A stretch of DNA of 39,587 nt. Source: Octopus sinensis (lineage: Eukaryota). The translations under genes were made by a program, and so were the position numbers. The notes beneath the pieces were generated by a model, which was not told where the DNA came from, did no database searches, and was given only the letters and a program-made list of their open reading frames with translations. The stretch is taken from positions 1-39,587 of the forward strand of contig NW_021835453.1 in NCBI RefSeq assembly GCF_006345805.1. Direction: 5' to 3'. Below, in pieces: positions 37,134 to 39,587 of the stretch; the first letter of the stretch is position 1; every line of letters starts with the position of its first letter.

Positions 37134-37994
37134 AATAATACATGTATGTATGTATATGTGTCTGCTTGTGTGTACATACATAATATATATATATATATAA
37201 TATATATGCATACATAATATATATATATATATATATATATGCGCTTGTGTGTCAGTGTCTGTATAACATATGCATGCATAAATATATCTATACGAATATA
37301 CATATATATGTGTGTGTATATAAATATACATACGTGTATAAACATAAAACGCACATAGACACGCACACAAATGCGTGCGATTGTTCGTAAGTGTGTATAT
37401 GTGTGATGTGTGTGTTTGTGTTTATTTTTATATTATTATTCAGACGTGATACTATCAGATACAGCAGAAGGAGTTTGTTGTCTCCACCTATCCTCTTACT
37501 ACCACCACGCCACATCAAGTAACACCAGCCTCTTATTCACCCTCCTCCTTCTCAGCCCTCCTCTTTCTCCCCCCCTCTCTCTTTCTCTTTCCTTCTTACT
37601 AATAACAGTTTTCTTGAAAGTGTTCTACTTCAACGCACCTAGCACAAATCGATTAGGCCAGATGATCTTCCCCACTTACCCCCCTCCGCCTCCATTCCTC
37701 ACTACCTCACTGTCTCGTCCCTCCAACCCCTTCTCTACGTCCACCCCCTTCTCTACGTCCACCCGATTCTTAGTTTCGTCGAATGCTTCCTATCCACACA
37801 GCCCCCTCACACCAACGCTCCCCACAAACACACACTCCAGCTAGACAAGGAGCCCCTACGTGATTGCTAGACTGCAAGAAACAGAAACCAATTATCCCTC
37901 AAAAATCGGTCGTAAAATGACTCATACAGCTTATATAGTTTGGCATAACGACAGAGCTTCTCAGGATTCAGTTATTCGACCAACTAAACTACCC

Positions 37995-38240
37995 GTGGCT
38001 GAGTACTCCGTACACATATGTGTACTCTTTATGTATTATCCAGGCCGATTCATTGCGAAGGATCTGAAAGAAGGGAGTGCGGCACCACCACTAGATTGAT
38101 ATTTATTTTTAGCAGAGTAGACTGGAACATGAAATGAAGTGTCTCGCTCAAGGAAACAACACGTCACTTTGCTTTAAAATCAGTCTACGATCTTATGATT
38201 GTAAGAGCAACACCTTAGCCATTAGGCCATGCGTCTCATA
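37995..38240 (-). mobile_element. Old decayed SINE related to family A'
   Basis: Degenerate matches to ctgagcactccacagacacgtgtac and to gaaataaagtgtcttgctcaagga...gccattaggcc. Confidence 0.55.
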
Positions 38241-38633
38241 CATAGGGGGGAAAATGTCAAAATTCGTAAGGAGTGAAGAAACTGACGCTTCGGGTTGTTG
38301 TTCTTCATCAGACTAAGAGTAAGTAAAAGAAAGTGGTGGTGTCGTAAGCAAATGAAGAATGTAATTGTGTACATAGAGAGCAGGGGAGAGTGGAGTTAGA
38401 GATGTGTGAGAAGAAATGAAGGGAGAGGAACCAAAAAAAAATATAATAAAATGCGTTTCTTCGTTGTACAAACTGATCGACGAACGAACCCTCGCGATTT
38501 CTTTGATAAGAGACCGTCACTGTGAAAGTGTTTATATAGGTTCGTTGCCCGTCTACTGTTTTCCGTCATCCACCTACTGCCGACAAAACAGAGAGGACTA
38601 AGGTTTGCAGCAATACAGAGACCTAGGGAAGAC

Positions 38634-38696
<63 letters not shown>

Positions 38697-39587
38697 TCAT
38701 TTACAAGCACATACACACACACACAAGCACAGACGCTTCATTTACACCACACACACACACACACACACACCACCTATTTTATAGAAACGCCACAAACTAA
38801 AACGCTCCCATTTACGTGAGTGACCGACAGAGAAGCAATAGCAGTCAAATAACCCTAAAAAAACACCCTACTGTCTTCAAATGAAAAACGAACACAGGAT
38901 AATGTCTTCTATACACTATTCCTGAATACAAGACGAGAAGGTTAAAGATAGAACATTTTTGACCATAGATTTTAGTGGTCAAAGGACTGACCTTGGGCTA
39001 AACAACGAAACTCAGATGATATTGCACACACACGGGTCAACGAATTAGCTTCTACGCAGCCACTTCAACTACTAGAAATACCAACTAAGTTTTCATCAAA
39101 TCCGCTAAACGACATTTATGAAAGTGGTCGTAGGTTGCTTGCACCTAAAACGAGATGGTCACGACAGGAATGCTTTTGATAATAGGTCTGGGGCTAAACA
39201 ACAACAGTTACAACAAGCTCACATGATGAGTTGAAAAGGGGGCGTCAACATGATTGCTTTATCTACTAAATATAGCAGTGTAACCGTCCTCTCTAATCAC
39301 CTTCATCTATTTTTCTCCGCCTACTATTACATGGATGGTTGTGGGAGTAGTGTCCTCAGGTACCCCCTACACAGTGCATGTTAATCACATATCCTCAACC
39401 CTCGCTGCCGCCTCTTACACAGAGTCCTACCAGAAGCAACCGTCAATACATTCTCCTGCTAGATTTCCAAGCGTAACCGATTCTATGAATATTATCCAAC
39501 CACGTCGTTCCTCGTCTACCCCCCAAGATCTCCTACCATTTGGGCTCGGCTTAAAGAATTCGTTTTTGATTCTTTCCTGCAACATAT

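Noticed and set aside
38400-38630. Minus-strand acceptor after (CTA)n with an open frame (GLCIAANLSPLCFVG...)
   Set aside because: Only weak donors are present, and there is no similarity to SMOC Kazal or thyroglobulin domains.

Overview
AT-rich, microsatellite-saturated animal genomic DNA, most likely an octopod cephalopod. That assignment is inferred from the density of (TA)n/(CA)n/(AAT)n/(CCA)n tracts and the tRNA-derived SINE families. It is not prokaryotic: there are no operons, rRNA or CRISPR. The one supportable protein-coding gene is the 3' half of a minus-strand SMOC-like gene (SPARC-related modular calcium-binding protein). Three phase-1 exons (14467-14514, 11372-11482, 9849-10091) splice in frame into GKMKRHRGKRRRKGKR-GCSKSDREVFNTNLISEFAAEYYR...-RIVEWKFSQLDRNKDNVLKSGE...CDTDQDKRIVSKEWTFCLG, a basic linker followed by the EF-hand EC domain. 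One join requires a GC-AG intron. I could not find the Kazal/thyroglobulin exons, and the terminal exon(s) are unresolved. The rest appears intronic or repetitive: several SINE families with clean TSDs, an internally deleted mariner, a mariner-type MITE, a Merlin-like MITE containing TTAGGG repeats, non-autonomous Helitrons, decayed RTE, CR1-like and R4/Dong-like LINE fragments, a ~550-bp (TAA)n-associated element family and a 33-bp minisatellite. Almost all ORFs in the supplied track are microsatellite artefacts. I see no convincing new multi-gene system. The best leads are listed as findings.
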